Part shown: positions 27,088 through 36,363 of the stretch, piece by piece
How the letters are laid out: each line of letters begins with the position of its first letter
Numbering within the stretch: the stretch's first letter is position 1
Assembly (NCBI GenBank): GCA_044869275.1
Contig: JBIOXB010000252.1
Location: 1-43,252 of the forward strand
Origin: a bacterium
GTDB taxonomy: Bacteria > Zhuqueibacterota > Zhuqueibacteria > Zhuqueibacterales > Zhuqueibacteraceae
Direction of reading: 5' to 3'
DNA length: 43,252 nt
Position numbers and translations under genes: made by a program
The notes under the pieces: model-generated
Databases searched by the model: none
Seen by the model: only the letters and a program-made list of their open reading frames with translations
Told to the model about the DNA's origin: nothing

Positions 27088-29799
27088 CTAAAACTCCACT
27101 GTAAACCCTACCAGCACCTGCCGTGGTGCCGAATAGAAATCCGGGCGCGTGTAGTACTCATCGATCGTGTTCAAACCGAAAACCGTGCCGCTGTTCAACG
27201 CCGAGAGCGAATAGTTCGCCCGGCCGGTGTCGGTGAAAACCTGCAATTCGTTTTTGCGATCGAACACGTTGTAGATGCGCATAAAAACGGAAGAATTCAA
27301 GCCTCCCACTTGCAACGGCTTATTAATGTAGGCATCGAAATTCATGTACAGCGGCCGGCGCTCGCTGTTTTCCACGCCCGTGCGTACGTTTTGTGCCGTG
27401 GGCGTATAGGGCAGGCCACTGCCGAGCTTGCCGATCACGCCGAGGGAGTATTTCGCGGGATCGCCGGCGATCAAGCTAAAATTCAAACTGTGGGTGCGAT
27501 CCCATTCCAGCGGCACCAATTCCTTGGCCGGCTCGCGATTGGCTTGCGCGTCGAGGAAAGCCGAGTTGGGGTCGCTGGCATTGCCGCGCGCGACTTGATA
27601 GGTGTAGTCGATGGTGGCGCCGAGACCGTCGCGCGACTGCCGCTTCTCGAACGACACTGTGAACCCGCGCACGTTGCCATAATCGCGATTGATATAGCGC
27701 GCATAACGAGTGCCATTCACATTTTCCAAAACCTCTGTGCCGAGCAGATTGCGAATATCCTTGTAATAGGCGGTGAGGTCCAACGCGAACTGCTCCCCCA
27801 ACTGCTGCTGCAAGCCGAGCTCATAAATGACCGTGCTCTGCGGCTCGAGCTCGGCGTTGCCGATGGTGTTGGGCGTGCGCTCTGGCGGCGGCGTGCTGCC
27901 GAAATCTTGCGTGGGATAAAGCTCGTAATCCGGATTGGAATACAAAAACTCGAAGCTGGGAACTTGAAAAAAGTGACCGTAGGACACGTGCAGCACACCG
28001 CGATCAGTGATGGGATAGGCCAGGCCGAAGCGCGGGCTCAACTGCGTGCTCGAACCGGCTTTTTGCAAGGCGGACAAATTGGGCTCGCCATAATCCACGG
28101 GCACGCTGCCGTCGGAATAGAAGTAATCGTAACGCAAGCCGGCATTGACGATGAGATACTGGAACTCCATTTTATCTTGCAGGAATACCGAAAACTCGAG
28201 CGGCCCTTGCAGATATTCGTCATTGTTGCTGACGTTTTTCGTCGTCGCGGGGACGAAAGGCTTGAAGCCGGTATCGCGATTCAATCGAATCTCAAACGCG
28301 CGCAGCCACAAACGATGTTGCCGGCCTTCGAGCCCCATCTTCAGCAGGTGTTGCGGCGTGGCCTGCCAAATCAAATCTGCTTTGCCGATGTAGGTGCGGG
28401 TGTCGCGGTAAAAATGCCACATTTGCTCGCCGCCGCTGCGAAAGGCGTTGCCGCTCGCCGCGCTCAGCAATTCCGGATTGACATAATCCGGATCGAGCGC
28501 ATTCTCGTGCACGAACTGCTGGTAGTTGTTGCTGAGCGCGCTGGCTTTCAATTGCAGGTAAGTGCGGGCATTGAAAATTTGCGTGAGCGACAAGGCATTG
28601 CTCCAGCCGCGCTGCTCGCGCTGAAAATCGCCGTTGGGATTGAAGCGAAAACTGTGATCGTACTCGCGAAACTGGCGCAGATTGAGCAGGCCGTCATATT
28701 CGAGTTTGAGGGCGGAGCTAATCTGCAGCGCCAGCTTGAGCTGGGCGCTGAAACGCTGAGTGGGATTCATCGCGACATAATCGGCAGAAGACTTCAGGCT
28801 GTCGGCCACGCGTTGATACTCCGCCTGGGAATCAAAGCGATAACCCACGCCGCGCGACTCCACGTACCAATCGCGCACGGCATTGCTGGGAAAGCGCGAA
28901 GAATCCGAGGGCAAATACACCTCGCGGCCATAGATGGTGCCGGCGTCGTCAAAATAGCGCGTGGAGGTAAAGAAGGTCAGCCTTTTGCCCAGAAAAGGCA
29001 CGGGGCCGGAAAGCGTGGCCTCGAGATTATAAATGGGATTGAAGGCGCCCACGTTCCAAAAGATATCGTCATGGTTACTCACGTAATCGCCGAGGTAACC
29101 CGAGAAGCTGCCGTGATAATTCTCGCCTCCCTCTTTTGTGACGATGTTGACCACGCCGCTCATGGCCTGGCCGTATTCCGCATTGAACGTGCCGCTGATG
29201 ACTTCCAGCTCCTGAATGGCTTTGTTTTCCACTTGCAGCTCGAACGAGCCGGAATACACGTCGTTCATCGGTATGCCGTTGACGAGATACGCCACTTCGC
29301 CGGAGCGGCCGCCGCGAAAATGACCTTCAATCACACCCGCTTGCAGATTGACCACGTCGGAAAAATTTTCCACCGGCAGCCGGGAAATCACATCCGCGCT
29401 GACGGTGGCCGAAGTCGAGGTGAGATCTTTCTGCACCAACGGCCGTTCCGCGACGATCGTAACCGTTTCGCCTTCCAACACTGCCTCGCCCAGTTGAAAA
29501 TCAAGACGCGTGGTGAGATCCACGGAAACACGGACTTCGTTGTAAACGATTTCGTGATAGCCGAGCGCCGAGGCTTTGACCGAATAAACTCCCGGGGGCA
29601 CTTGCAGAACAATGAACGTGCCGTCTATGCTCGTGGCCGCCCCCAAGCGTGTTCCAGTGACAATGACGTTTACACCCGGCAGCGGTTCGCCGGTGTTCTT
29701 GTCAGTAACTTTGCCCGCGATTTTTCCCGTGGTGCCCGCAAATGCCACGTGGCCGAGCGCTGTGATCACAGACAATAAAAGGCGTTGATAAGCTCGCAT
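27088..29799 (-). CDS. TonB-dependent receptor with a carboxypeptidase-regulatory-like N-terminal domain
   Basis: GTTGKIAGKVTD..GEPLPGVNV; plug HFRGGRSGEVAYLVNG and GTFNAEYGQAMSGVVNIVTK; NAGLRYDY, LSPRFG and a C-terminal Phe. Start at ATG 29799 with a signal peptide. Confidence 0.95.
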   Translation of the reverse strand: MRAYQRLLLSVITALGHVAFAGTTGKIAGKVTDKNTGEPLPGVNVIVTGTRLGAATSIDGTFIVLQVPPGVYSVKASALGYHEIVYNEVRVSVDLTTRLDFQLGEAVLEGETVTIVAERPLVQKDLTSTSATVSADVISRLPVENFSDVVNLQAGVIEGHFRGGRSGEVAYLVNGIPMNDVYSGSFELQVENKAIQELEVISGTFNAEYGQAMSGVVNIVTKEGGENYHGSFSGYLGDYVSNHDDIFWNVGAFNPIYNLEATLSGPVPFLGKRLTFFTSTRYFDDAGTIYGREVYLPSDSSRFPSNAVRDWYVESRGVGYRFDSQAEYQRVADSLKSSADYVAMNPTQRFSAQLKLALQISSALKLEYDGLLNLRQFREYDHSFRFNPNGDFQREQRGWSNALSLTQIFNARTYLQLKASALSNNYQQFVHENALDPDYVNPELLSAASGNAFRSGGEQMWHFYRDTRTYIGKADLIWQATPQHLLKMGLEGRQHRLWLRAFEIRLNRDTGFKPFVPATTKNVSNNDEYLQGPLEFSVFLQDKMEFQYLIVNAGLRYDYFYSDGSVPVDYGEPNLSALQKAGSSTQLSPRFGLAYPITDRGVLHVSYGHFFQVPSFEFLYSNPDYELYPTQDFGSTPPPERTPNTIGNAELEPQSTVIYELGLQQQLGEQFALDLTAYYKDIRNLLGTEVLENVNGTRYARYINRDYGNVRGFTVSFEKRQSRDGLGATIDYTYQVARGNASDPNSAFLDAQANREPAKELVPLEWDRTHSLNFSLIAGDPAKYSLGVIGKLGSGLPYTPTAQNVRTGVENSERRPLYMNFDAYINKPLQVGGLNSSVFMRIYNVFDRKNELQVFTDTGRANYSLSALNSGTVFGLNTIDEYYTRPDFYSAPRQVLVGFTVEF

Positions 29800-29820
29800 T
29801 GACCGCCTCTTTGAAAGCAA

Positions 29821-29988
29821 AAAGGGAGAAAGGGTGACGGGGAGAATGGGAGAAATGGCATGCCCGCTCTCCAGCCTTGATTCGCAACTCCTCGACTTCT
29901 CAAACTCTCGCTCCAACACTCTGCGTTGGAGTGGCTTGCTCGACGCTCTGCGTCGGAAGCAGTTTAGTCTTGTTATCCTCGTTCCCAG
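29821..29988. repeat. Composite repeat cluster: purine octamers plus a GCTCTGCG double-hairpin REP-like unit
   Basis: aaagggag/aaagggtg/acggggag/aatgggag (29821-29852); hairpins ctccaac..gttggag (29911-29931) and cgacgc-tct-gcgtcg (29941-29955); ctcgttccca at 29978. Confidence 0.55.
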
Positions 29989-30023
29989 GTAATGGCCCAC
30001 TTCCCGAACATGCTTACGCGTGA

Positions 30024-30113
30024 TGTCATTCCGTAGGAATCTTCCTTGGCTCTGGGATTATCCTCCAATTGAGGATTGTACCCAGCGCGTAGGAAGATTC
30101 TTCCAGAATGACA
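30024..30113. repeat. TGTCATTC..GAATGACA palindromic element, same family as 7558-7630
   Basis: Arms tgtcattccgtaggaatcttcct and aggaagattcttccagaatgaca, with an inner stem ctggg..atcctc-caatt-gaggat..cccag. Confidence 0.85.
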
Positions 30114-30204
30114 GGAATCATGTAATGACTGAACGAGAACGAACCTTCTCAAACCAGCGCGTGCCGATCCCGGCTCGTGGGGACCGGCACGTGAAAATAA
30201 AACT

Positions 30205-33200
30205 CTACCGCACTAACAGCATGCGCCGCGTGAGCTTCAACTCTTTCGTGCGCAATTGATAGAAGTATAATCCGGAAGCAACGTTTTGTCCCGTTACGTC
30301 GCGGCCATCCCAGAAGACTTCGTGCGTGCCGGCCTTCTGCATAGCGTCAAACAGCGTGCGCACTTTTTGGCCGAGCGCGTTATAGACTTCCAAAGTGACG
30401 TGTGCATCCTGCGGCAAAGCATAACTAATGCGTGTTTCGGGATTAAACGGGTTGGGATAATTCTGCGCCAGCGCGTAAGCCGCAGGCAAAGTTTTGCCGT
30501 CTTTGACGCGTGTCACCTGCCCTTCGACCACGGCAAAATCATCGAAATACACCTGGCCGGTGGCCTGATGCTGCATGCGGCCGCGAATCGATAGGCGCGT
30601 GGCCTCTGCCGGCGTGGTCACCAAGAAAGAGTATAACGTCCAATCTTTGTCGGTCACGGATTGATCGACCACGAAGATATCTTCGCCGCGCACTTCGGCC
30701 CAGCCCGCCGCGGCACTGTGATACGTCACCGTGAAGAAAATTGCTTTCTCGACGTCAAAAGGCACATTCGTATTCACACCCACGGTCTTCACCCAGGCGG
30801 AAACTTGATACACACGATTGGGCTGCACCTGATTGCGGTTGCCAATCAGCACCACTTCGTCGGGATTCGCGGCATCGTCGGAAACCAACAGGGAATTATC
30901 GCCGGTGTGCGCGAAATCACGCGAGAGGCTCACCACGCCTTTGCCGTTGGTGCCCTGGCCCAGATTGCCCTTCCAAAAGAACCAGCCTTCGGGCGTGCCG
31001 AAATTGTTATTGAACAAATCGCCGAGCCAGCCCTGGGCCCCGGGGGCGTTGCGCATGAAAATATCATCCAGCCAAACCGTACCGGTGGCATTGGCTCCGA
31101 ATTTGAACGTGACCACGAGCGAGTCCGCGTCCGTGGGCAAAATCACCGGCGTCGAATTCTTGATTTCGGTCCAGTCAGCGCTGGCTTGCGCTTGCGGCAC
31201 ATCAATGGCCACGGACTGGCCGAAAATGAGATTCTTGTTCAGGTCATAGAACGAATAGAGCAGTTGGATCTTTTGACTCTCGTTCGTGGGATTCGTGTTG
31301 ACACCTTCAGTTTTCACCCAGCCGCCGATTTCCATTTCAATGTTCGGTGGCGTGCCCGTGGTGGGATTCCAATTCAGCTTGGCCATGTTGGCGCGCGTCA
31401 CCCACGTGGGTTCGCCACCACCGCTGGCTTTACTGATTTTCAGCGCACGCTGATCGGAACGGAATTGATCGTTCGCCCATTCCACGGTCGCGCCATCGGT
31501 GTTCATTTGCATCCAGTACGCCGGTACTGTCGCCTCTTCAAAGCTGAGATTGGCCTTGGGCGTGGCGATGGGCACCACTTGGAATTCGTCCCAGTACACG
31601 TCGCCCGTGGCTTGATGCTGCAAACGTGCGCGAATCGACAGGCGATATTCATCGGCGCGCGTTGCCAAACGGAAGGAATACTGCGTCCAGTCGCGGTCCG
31701 CCGTGGTTTGATCAACGATGAAGATATCCTCGCCGCGTTTTTCATCCCAGCCGGTCGCACTGTTGCCGTGATAGGTCACGGTGAAGAAGATCGCCTTTTC
31801 CACGTCGCGCGGCGGCGGGTTAAGCACGGTACCGACGCGCTTCACGCGCGCGGTGACGAGATACTCCGTGTTGGGCTGCACCGGGTTGCGGTCGGAAATC
31901 GCGACGACCTCGTCCGGGTTGGTGTCATCATCCTGCACGCGCAACGCATAGCGGCCACTGTAGGAATAGGTATCGCTGATCGAAACGATGCCTTTGCCAT
32001 TCGTGCCCTGGCCGAGATTACCCTTCCAGAAGAACCAGCCTTCGGGGGTGCCGAAATTGTTGTTGAACAAATCGCCGAGCCAGCCCTGCGCGTTGGGCGC
32101 GTTGCGCATGAAAATATCATCCAGATAAGCCGTGCCGCTCGCATTCGGGCCCATGTGAAATTCAACGGCAAAGGAGTCTGCATCTGCGGGCAGCACCACC
32201 GGTACGGCGTTTTTGATTTCCGTCCAATCCACACTGGCTTGCGCCTGGGGAACGTCGAGCGTGACCGGCTGGCCGAAAATCAAATTCTTCTGCGCGTCAA
32301 AGAATTTGAAGCGCAGTTGGATTTTGGCGGCGTCGCTGGCAGGATTGGTGTTGACGCCTGCGGTCTTCACCCAGCCGCCGATTTCCATTTCAATGTTTTT
32401 CGTGACCCCGGTCTCGGGATTCCAGTTGATTTTGGCCAGCTGCCGTGCGAGCCACATGGGATCGGCCGTGCTGCCGGCGGGTTTGTTCAGCTTCAGGCTG
32501 CGCTCCGGCGAACGAAAAGCTTCGGCGCTCCACTCCGACACACCGTTGCCGTTATTGAAGTTTTCCCAATATGCCGGCCGCAAAGCTTCGTCAAAGGTCA
32601 AATTCTTTTTCGCCACTTCCACGGGATACATGCGGAAATCGTCCCAGTAAGTTCTGCCCGTGGCTTGATGCTGCAGGCGTGCACGCACGGATACGCGCGT
32701 GGCGTTTTCCGGCGGCGTGAACGTGAACGAGTACAGCAGCCAATCGCGATCGGAGTTCGATTGATCAATCACAAAGAAATCTTCGCCGCGCACTTCGGCC
32801 CAATCCCCGGCATTGGAATGATACGTGAGTGTGAAGAAAACGGCTTTTTCCACGTCAAACGGTTGGTTGGTATTGACGCCATCGAATTTCACCCACGCCG
32901 AAATCCCATACGAGCGCCCGGGCTCAATCGGATTGCGTTCTGAAATGGCCACGACCTCGTCCGGGTTGCTGGCATCGTCTTCCACAAGCAGCGCATGACT
33001 GCCACTGTGCGCAGTGCTATTGGTAACACTGACCACACCCTTGCCATTGGTGCCCTGGCCGAGATTAGCCTTCCAGAAAAACCAGCTCTCGGGAGTACCA
33101 AAATTGTTGTTGAAAAAATCACCCAGCCAGCCTTGCGCGCCGGGCGCATTGCGCATGAAAGTATCATCCAGCCAGACCGTGCCGGTCGCACTCGCGCCGA

Positions 33201-33741
33201 ATTTGAATTGCACATGCAAGCGTGCCGCATCGGTGGGCAATACCACGGGCGTGCTGTTTTTGATCTCCGTCCAATCGGAGGTGGCTTGATTTTGGGGCAC
33301 GTCGAGGACCACCGGCTGGCCGAAAATCAAAGTATTTCCGGCATCATAAAACCAAATCGACAGTGTAATTTTCTGGTCATCATTGGTGGGATTGACATTG
33401 ACGCCTTCGGTCTTCACCCACCCGCCGATTTCCATTTCGATGTTCTTCGTCGTGCCGGTAGTGGGATTCCAGTTCAATTTAGCCAGGTTGTCGGATTCCC
33501 ACATGGGCGCGTCCGGGCCTCCGCTCTCGCTGATTTTCAGCGAACGCTCCGGCGAACGATAGACATCGCTGGCCCATTCCACGGTGGCATCACCGGCATC
33601 GGCTTTGTGCCAATACGCCGGGGCCTCGGCCTTCTCAAAACCACCGTTGGGAATGGTGTTGATTTGGCTCCAACTCGTTGGTGCCCAGAAGATGAATAAG
33701 GCGCCGGTTAGAACTAGCGAAGACTTGAAGCACAGTTTCAT
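30205..33741 (-). CDS. Secreted non-catalytic glycan-binding protein: three ~350-aa tandem repeats (six CBM4_9-like domains) plus FlgD-Ig/T9SS C-terminal domain
   Basis: ATG 33741 with GGAGG RBS and a signal peptide. PAYW recurs at 33610, 32566 and 31513 (spacing 1044 and 1053 nt). Repeated EIGGWVKT, WFFWK.NLGQGTNGKG and R.QHQATG..YxDD. C-terminal LAQNYPNPFNP..SGLYFYQL..RRMLLVR. Confidence 0.85.
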   Translation of the reverse strand: MKLCFKSSLVLTGALFIFWAPTSWSQINTIPNGGFEKAEAPAYWHKADAGDATVEWASDVYRSPERSLKISESGGPDAPMWESDNLAKLNWNPTTGTTKNIEMEIGGWVKTEGVNVNPTNDDQKITLSIWFYDAGNTLIFGQPVVLDVPQNQATSDWTEIKNSTPVVLPTDAARLHVQFKFGASATGTVWLDDTFMRNAPGAQGWLGDFFNNNFGTPESWFFWKANLGQGTNGKGVVSVTNSTAHSGSHALLVEDDASNPDEVVAISERNPIEPGRSYGISAWVKFDGVNTNQPFDVEKAVFFTLTYHSNAGDWAEVRGEDFFVIDQSNSDRDWLLYSFTFTPPENATRVSVRARLQHQATGRTYWDDFRMYPVEVAKKNLTFDEALRPAYWENFNNGNGVSEWSAEAFRSPERSLKLNKPAGSTADPMWLARQLAKINWNPETGVTKNIEMEIGGWVKTAGVNTNPASDAAKIQLRFKFFDAQKNLIFGQPVTLDVPQAQASVDWTEIKNAVPVVLPADADSFAVEFHMGPNASGTAYLDDIFMRNAPNAQGWLGDLFNNNFGTPEGWFFWKGNLGQGTNGKGIVSISDTYSYSGRYALRVQDDDTNPDEVVAISDRNPVQPNTEYLVTARVKRVGTVLNPPPRDVEKAIFFTVTYHGNSATGWDEKRGEDIFIVDQTTADRDWTQYSFRLATRADEYRLSIRARLQHQATGDVYWDEFQVVPIATPKANLSFEEATVPAYWMQMNTDGATVEWANDQFRSDQRALKISKASGGGEPTWVTRANMAKLNWNPTTGTPPNIEMEIGGWVKTEGVNTNPTNESQKIQLLYSFYDLNKNLIFGQSVAIDVPQAQASADWTEIKNSTPVILPTDADSLVVTFKFGANATGTVWLDDIFMRNAPGAQGWLGDLFNNNFGTPEGWFFWKGNLGQGTNGKGVVSLSRDFAHTGDNSLLVSDDAANPDEVVLIGNRNQVQPNRVYQVSAWVKTVGVNTNVPFDVEKAIFFTVTYHSAAAGWAEVRGEDIFVVDQSVTDKDWTLYSFLVTTPAEATRLSIRGRMQHQATGQVYFDDFAVVEGQVTRVKDGKTLPAAYALAQNYPNPFNPETRISYALPQDAHVTLEVYNALGQKVRTLFDAMQKAGTHEVFWDGRDVTGQNVASGLYFYQLRTKELKLTRRMLLVR

Positions 33742-33861
33742 AGAAACCTCCGTTACTTGTTGAAGTATACACTGCGGATAAAAGATTTGAACACGGCAAA
33801 GACGGCAAAGAAGGTATAAGGCGATTAGGCAAAACAGCTCAGAATAGCATCTGACAGTCTC

Positions 33862-33928
33862 TTTGACAGGATGAATAGGATTTACAAGATGCACATTCAA
33901 TCTCGTAATTCCTCTTCATCCCGTCAAA
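33862..33928. repeat. 29-bp inverted repeat overlapping the dehydrogenase stop codon
   Basis: tttgacaggatgaataggatttacaagat and atctcgtaattcctcttcatcccgtcaaa match 25/29. Two of the four mismatches are G-U pairs on the minus-strand mRNA. Confidence 0.8.
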
Positions 33929-34952
33929 AACAAGCTGCCACGCGCGGCAGCACGAGCGTTTTTGTGGTCATGCCGTTCCTGGCGCTCTCTACTGCACTGG
34001 CAATCTGTTCGAGGGAAAAGTGGCTGATCGTCAAAGAAGAAAATTTGATTTTGTTTTGCACCAGCAAATCGACCGCGCGCTGAAACGTGAAGGGATTCAA
34101 AATCGAAGCGATGATACTGAGCTCTTTGCGAAACACGGCCTGCAACGGCAATCGCGCCAGGGCCGACTGCGAAGCCAGACCAAAGAGCAAAACCCGGCTG
34201 CCGCGTTTGGTGAGCGCGAGCGCAGCTTCCACGGCTTCGGCCTTGCCCACGCATTCCATGACTGCGTCGCAGCCGCCGTGCGTGCGCTCGACAATTTCTT
34301 CGCGCGCCGAATGCTCCAGCGGGTCGAGCACGAGATCGGCGCCGAGATTTTGCGCGATCGTGCGTTTCGCTGCTATCGGATCAAGCACAAAAATCGGACC
34401 GGCGCCCGCGAGCCGCGCCAATTGCAGCATGAGCAAACCGATATTGCCGGCTCCGACGATGGCGACGGATTCGCCCGGTTGCAGCGCGAGGCGATCCATG
34501 CCATGCACGCAACAAGAGAGAGGCTCGGCAAAAGCGCCGTGCTCCAGCGAAAAATCCGCCGGCAAAGGGTAGCATTGGGATGGTGGCACGAAACAAGATT
34601 CCGCAAAACCGCCGTCAATGTCGACGCCGAGCGCGCGCAGATTTTCGCAGAAATTGATTTGCCCGCGGCGGCAATAATAGCAGGAGCCGCAGGCGATGTT
34701 GGGATCCACGGCCACGTGATCACCCGGCCGCAGGCCGCGCACGGCCTTACCGCTCTCCACGATCGTGCCCGCAAATTCATGCCCGAGAATCACCGGCGGC
34801 CGCGCCGGCGCTTCCCCGGCAACAATATGAACGTCGGTGCCACAAACGCCACAAGCTTCGACCTGCACCAATACCTCTTGCTCACGCAAGGCGCGCAACG
34901 GCTGGTCGATCACCTGTAGCACAAGCGGCTTGTGGAATTGCGCTGCTTTCAT
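33924..34952 (-). CDS. Zn-dependent medium-chain polyol dehydrogenase (mannitol/arabitol/sorbitol dehydrogenase-like)
   Basis: CGVCGTD, GHE, structural Zn CGSCYYCRRGQINFC, GGFAE, AEPLSC and Rossmann GAGNIG. Start at ATG 34952 (MKAAQF). Confidence 0.9.
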   Translation of the reverse strand: MKAAQFHKPLVLQVIDQPLRALREQEVLVQVEACGVCGTDVHIVAGEAPARPPVILGHEFAGTIVESGKAVRGLRPGDHVAVDPNIACGSCYYCRRGQINFCENLRALGVDIDGGFAESCFVPPSQCYPLPADFSLEHGAFAEPLSCCVHGMDRLALQPGESVAIVGAGNIGLLMLQLARLAGAGPIFVLDPIAAKRTIAQNLGADLVLDPLEHSAREEIVERTHGGCDAVMECVGKAEAVEAALALTKRGSRVLLFGLASQSALARLPLQAVFRKELSIIASILNPFTFQRAVDLLVQNKIKFSSLTISHFSLEQIASAVESARNGMTTKTLVLPRVAACF

Positions 34953-34979
34953 CCGTTTGGAAGATTGAGGGTAAACGCT

Positions 34980-35068
34980 ATTTTTCTGTCCGTATTTCTG
35001 TTGCTTTTTTGGCAATCCTCGTCAGCATGGCCATCCGCAGAAAGACAAAAAGATAGAGGACAGAAGAA
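34980..35068. repeat. GACAGAAAAAT-family inverted repeat
   Basis: atttttctgtccgtatttctgt and acaaaagatagaggacagaagaat; related to 36624-36732. Confidence 0.6.
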
Positions 35069-35108
35069 TGTTAGTTAACGGTGCTCGCGCTCTCGACCTT
35101 CGGTGTAC

Positions 35109-36152
35109 TCATTTGGTTATCTCATTTGGCTGCCACGCCGCCGCTGCGGTCGATTGCCGCACCACCAACTCCACCGGACTGAAAACACGGCCGGAGAATT
35201 CCTTTTTACTGTCGATCATTTCCACCAGGCGGCGCGTGGCAATGGCGCCCAGTTCCTCCTTGTCCACACGAATAGTCGTCAATTGCGGCGAAACGTGAAC
35301 ACACGCTTCCACGTCGTCAAAACCAACAAGAGATACCTCGGCGGGAATCTTGCGCCCGCTCTTCTGCAGTACCTGCATGGCCCCGAGCGCCATGGCATCA
35401 TTCGCGGAAAAAATAGCCGTAAACGGCACTCTTTTGTCGAGCAATTTTTGCGTGGCGCGCTGGCCGTCGAGCTTGCTGGTATCTTCTTCTTCGCTCTCAA
35501 TTAAATTGCCGTTGAGCGGCAATTGCGCCTGGGCAAGGGTTTGCTGGTACCCTTCCAGCCGCGCAGCGATACTGGGGTGGGCCACATCACCGCCGAGAAA
35601 GGCAATTTGACGGTGGCCGAGATCGAGAAGATGCTGCACCGCTTGCGAGGCACCCAGCAAATTATCCATCATCACCACATTGCTGGTTTTGTTGCGCGGG
35701 GAGAAATCGATAAACACGTGCGGCAAGCCCAATTCGCGCACGTGTTGCACCAGCGCCAGCGGCACGCGGCCGGCGAAGAGAATGCCATCGACATTGCGCT
35801 CGCGCAAAAAACGCGGCAGATCAGGCTCCGCGCGAAAGCTGCTGGGCACGGTGGTCAGCAAAATGTAATAATGGTGTTTGCGGGATTCGAATTCGGTGCC
35901 CAGAAAAATCTTGGTATAAAACGGTTCAGCGAGGGAAAAGTGTTCTTCGGTGAGAATGAATCCGATGTTGCCGGTTTTTTTCGAAGCCAGGGCCTGGGCG
36001 TTGCGCCGCGGATGAAAGTTCAACTCGCGCACCGCCTGCAAAACGCGTTCTTTCGTCTCAGGATTGACGTTCGGCCGGTCATTGATCACGAGCGATGCGG
36101 TTGACACCGCTACCCCGGCTTTCCTGGCAACATCCCTGATCGTGGAGGCCAT
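35109..36152 (-). CDS. LacI-family transcriptional regulator
   Basis: HTH TIRDVARKAGVAVSTASLVIN, hinge NAQALAS, and sugar-binding domain AIFSANDAMALG..SLVGFDD..LTTIRV. Confidence 0.96.
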   Translation of the reverse strand: MASTIRDVARKAGVAVSTASLVINDRPNVNPETKERVLQAVRELNFHPRRNAQALASKKTGNIGFILTEEHFSLAEPFYTKIFLGTEFESRKHHYYILLTTVPSSFRAEPDLPRFLRERNVDGILFAGRVPLALVQHVRELGLPHVFIDFSPRNKTSNVVMMDNLLGASQAVQHLLDLGHRQIAFLGGDVAHPSIAARLEGYQQTLAQAQLPLNGNLIESEEEDTSKLDGQRATQKLLDKRVPFTAIFSANDAMALGAMQVLQKSGRKIPAEVSLVGFDDVEACVHVSPQLTTIRVDKEELGAIATRRLVEMIDSKKEFSGRVFSPVELVVRQSTAAAAWQPNEITK

Positions 36153-36155
36153 AAA

Positions 36156-36169
36156 TCAAACCGTTTCGA
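36156..36169. promoter_or_regulatory. Putative LacI operator O2, immediately upstream of the lacI-family start codon
   Basis: The minus strand reads TCGAAACGGTTTGA, 13/14 identical to the core of O1, with the central CG typical of LacI sites. Confidence 0.7.
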
Positions 36170-36345
36170 ATAAAGAACGAAAATGTGTGAGGTTAATTCT
36201 TTAAAATAACATTGTAACAATTCCGTTATATAGAGATTTCAAGCGCTTACAGAAGGGGAAAAACAAACAAATAATCATCAGAGCAATTCGGCGATGCAGT
36301 AGCATTGAAATGCTCGGTTTCCGTTTTTCTTGAAAATGCAAGAAA

Positions 36346-36363
36346 TATCGAAACGGTTCGATA
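36346..36363. promoter_or_regulatory. Putative LacI operator O1, overlapping the -10 box and transcription start
   Basis: TATCGAAACGGTTCGATA is an 18-bp near-perfect palindrome with a central CG. Confidence 0.8.

Noticed and set aside
26974..29778. 934-aa + strand ORF, and similar long antisense ORFs such as 30661-32943 and 23676-25388
   Set aside because: These are shadow frames antisense to well-supported genes and have no recognisable motifs. They are expected from codon bias.
29800..30000. N-terminal extensions in the ORF track (TBDR; also 33742-33900, 34953-35015, 18535-18660 and 40149-40382)
   Set aside because: They translate repeats or overlap neighbouring genes. The downstream ATGs give better RBS and/or signal-peptide or family-typical starts.
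30205..33741. Internal ~1-kb repeats as a DGR template/variable pair or an assembly artefact
   Set aside because: The differences are not adenine-specific, there is no reverse transcriptase, and the copies are clearly diverged and in frame.
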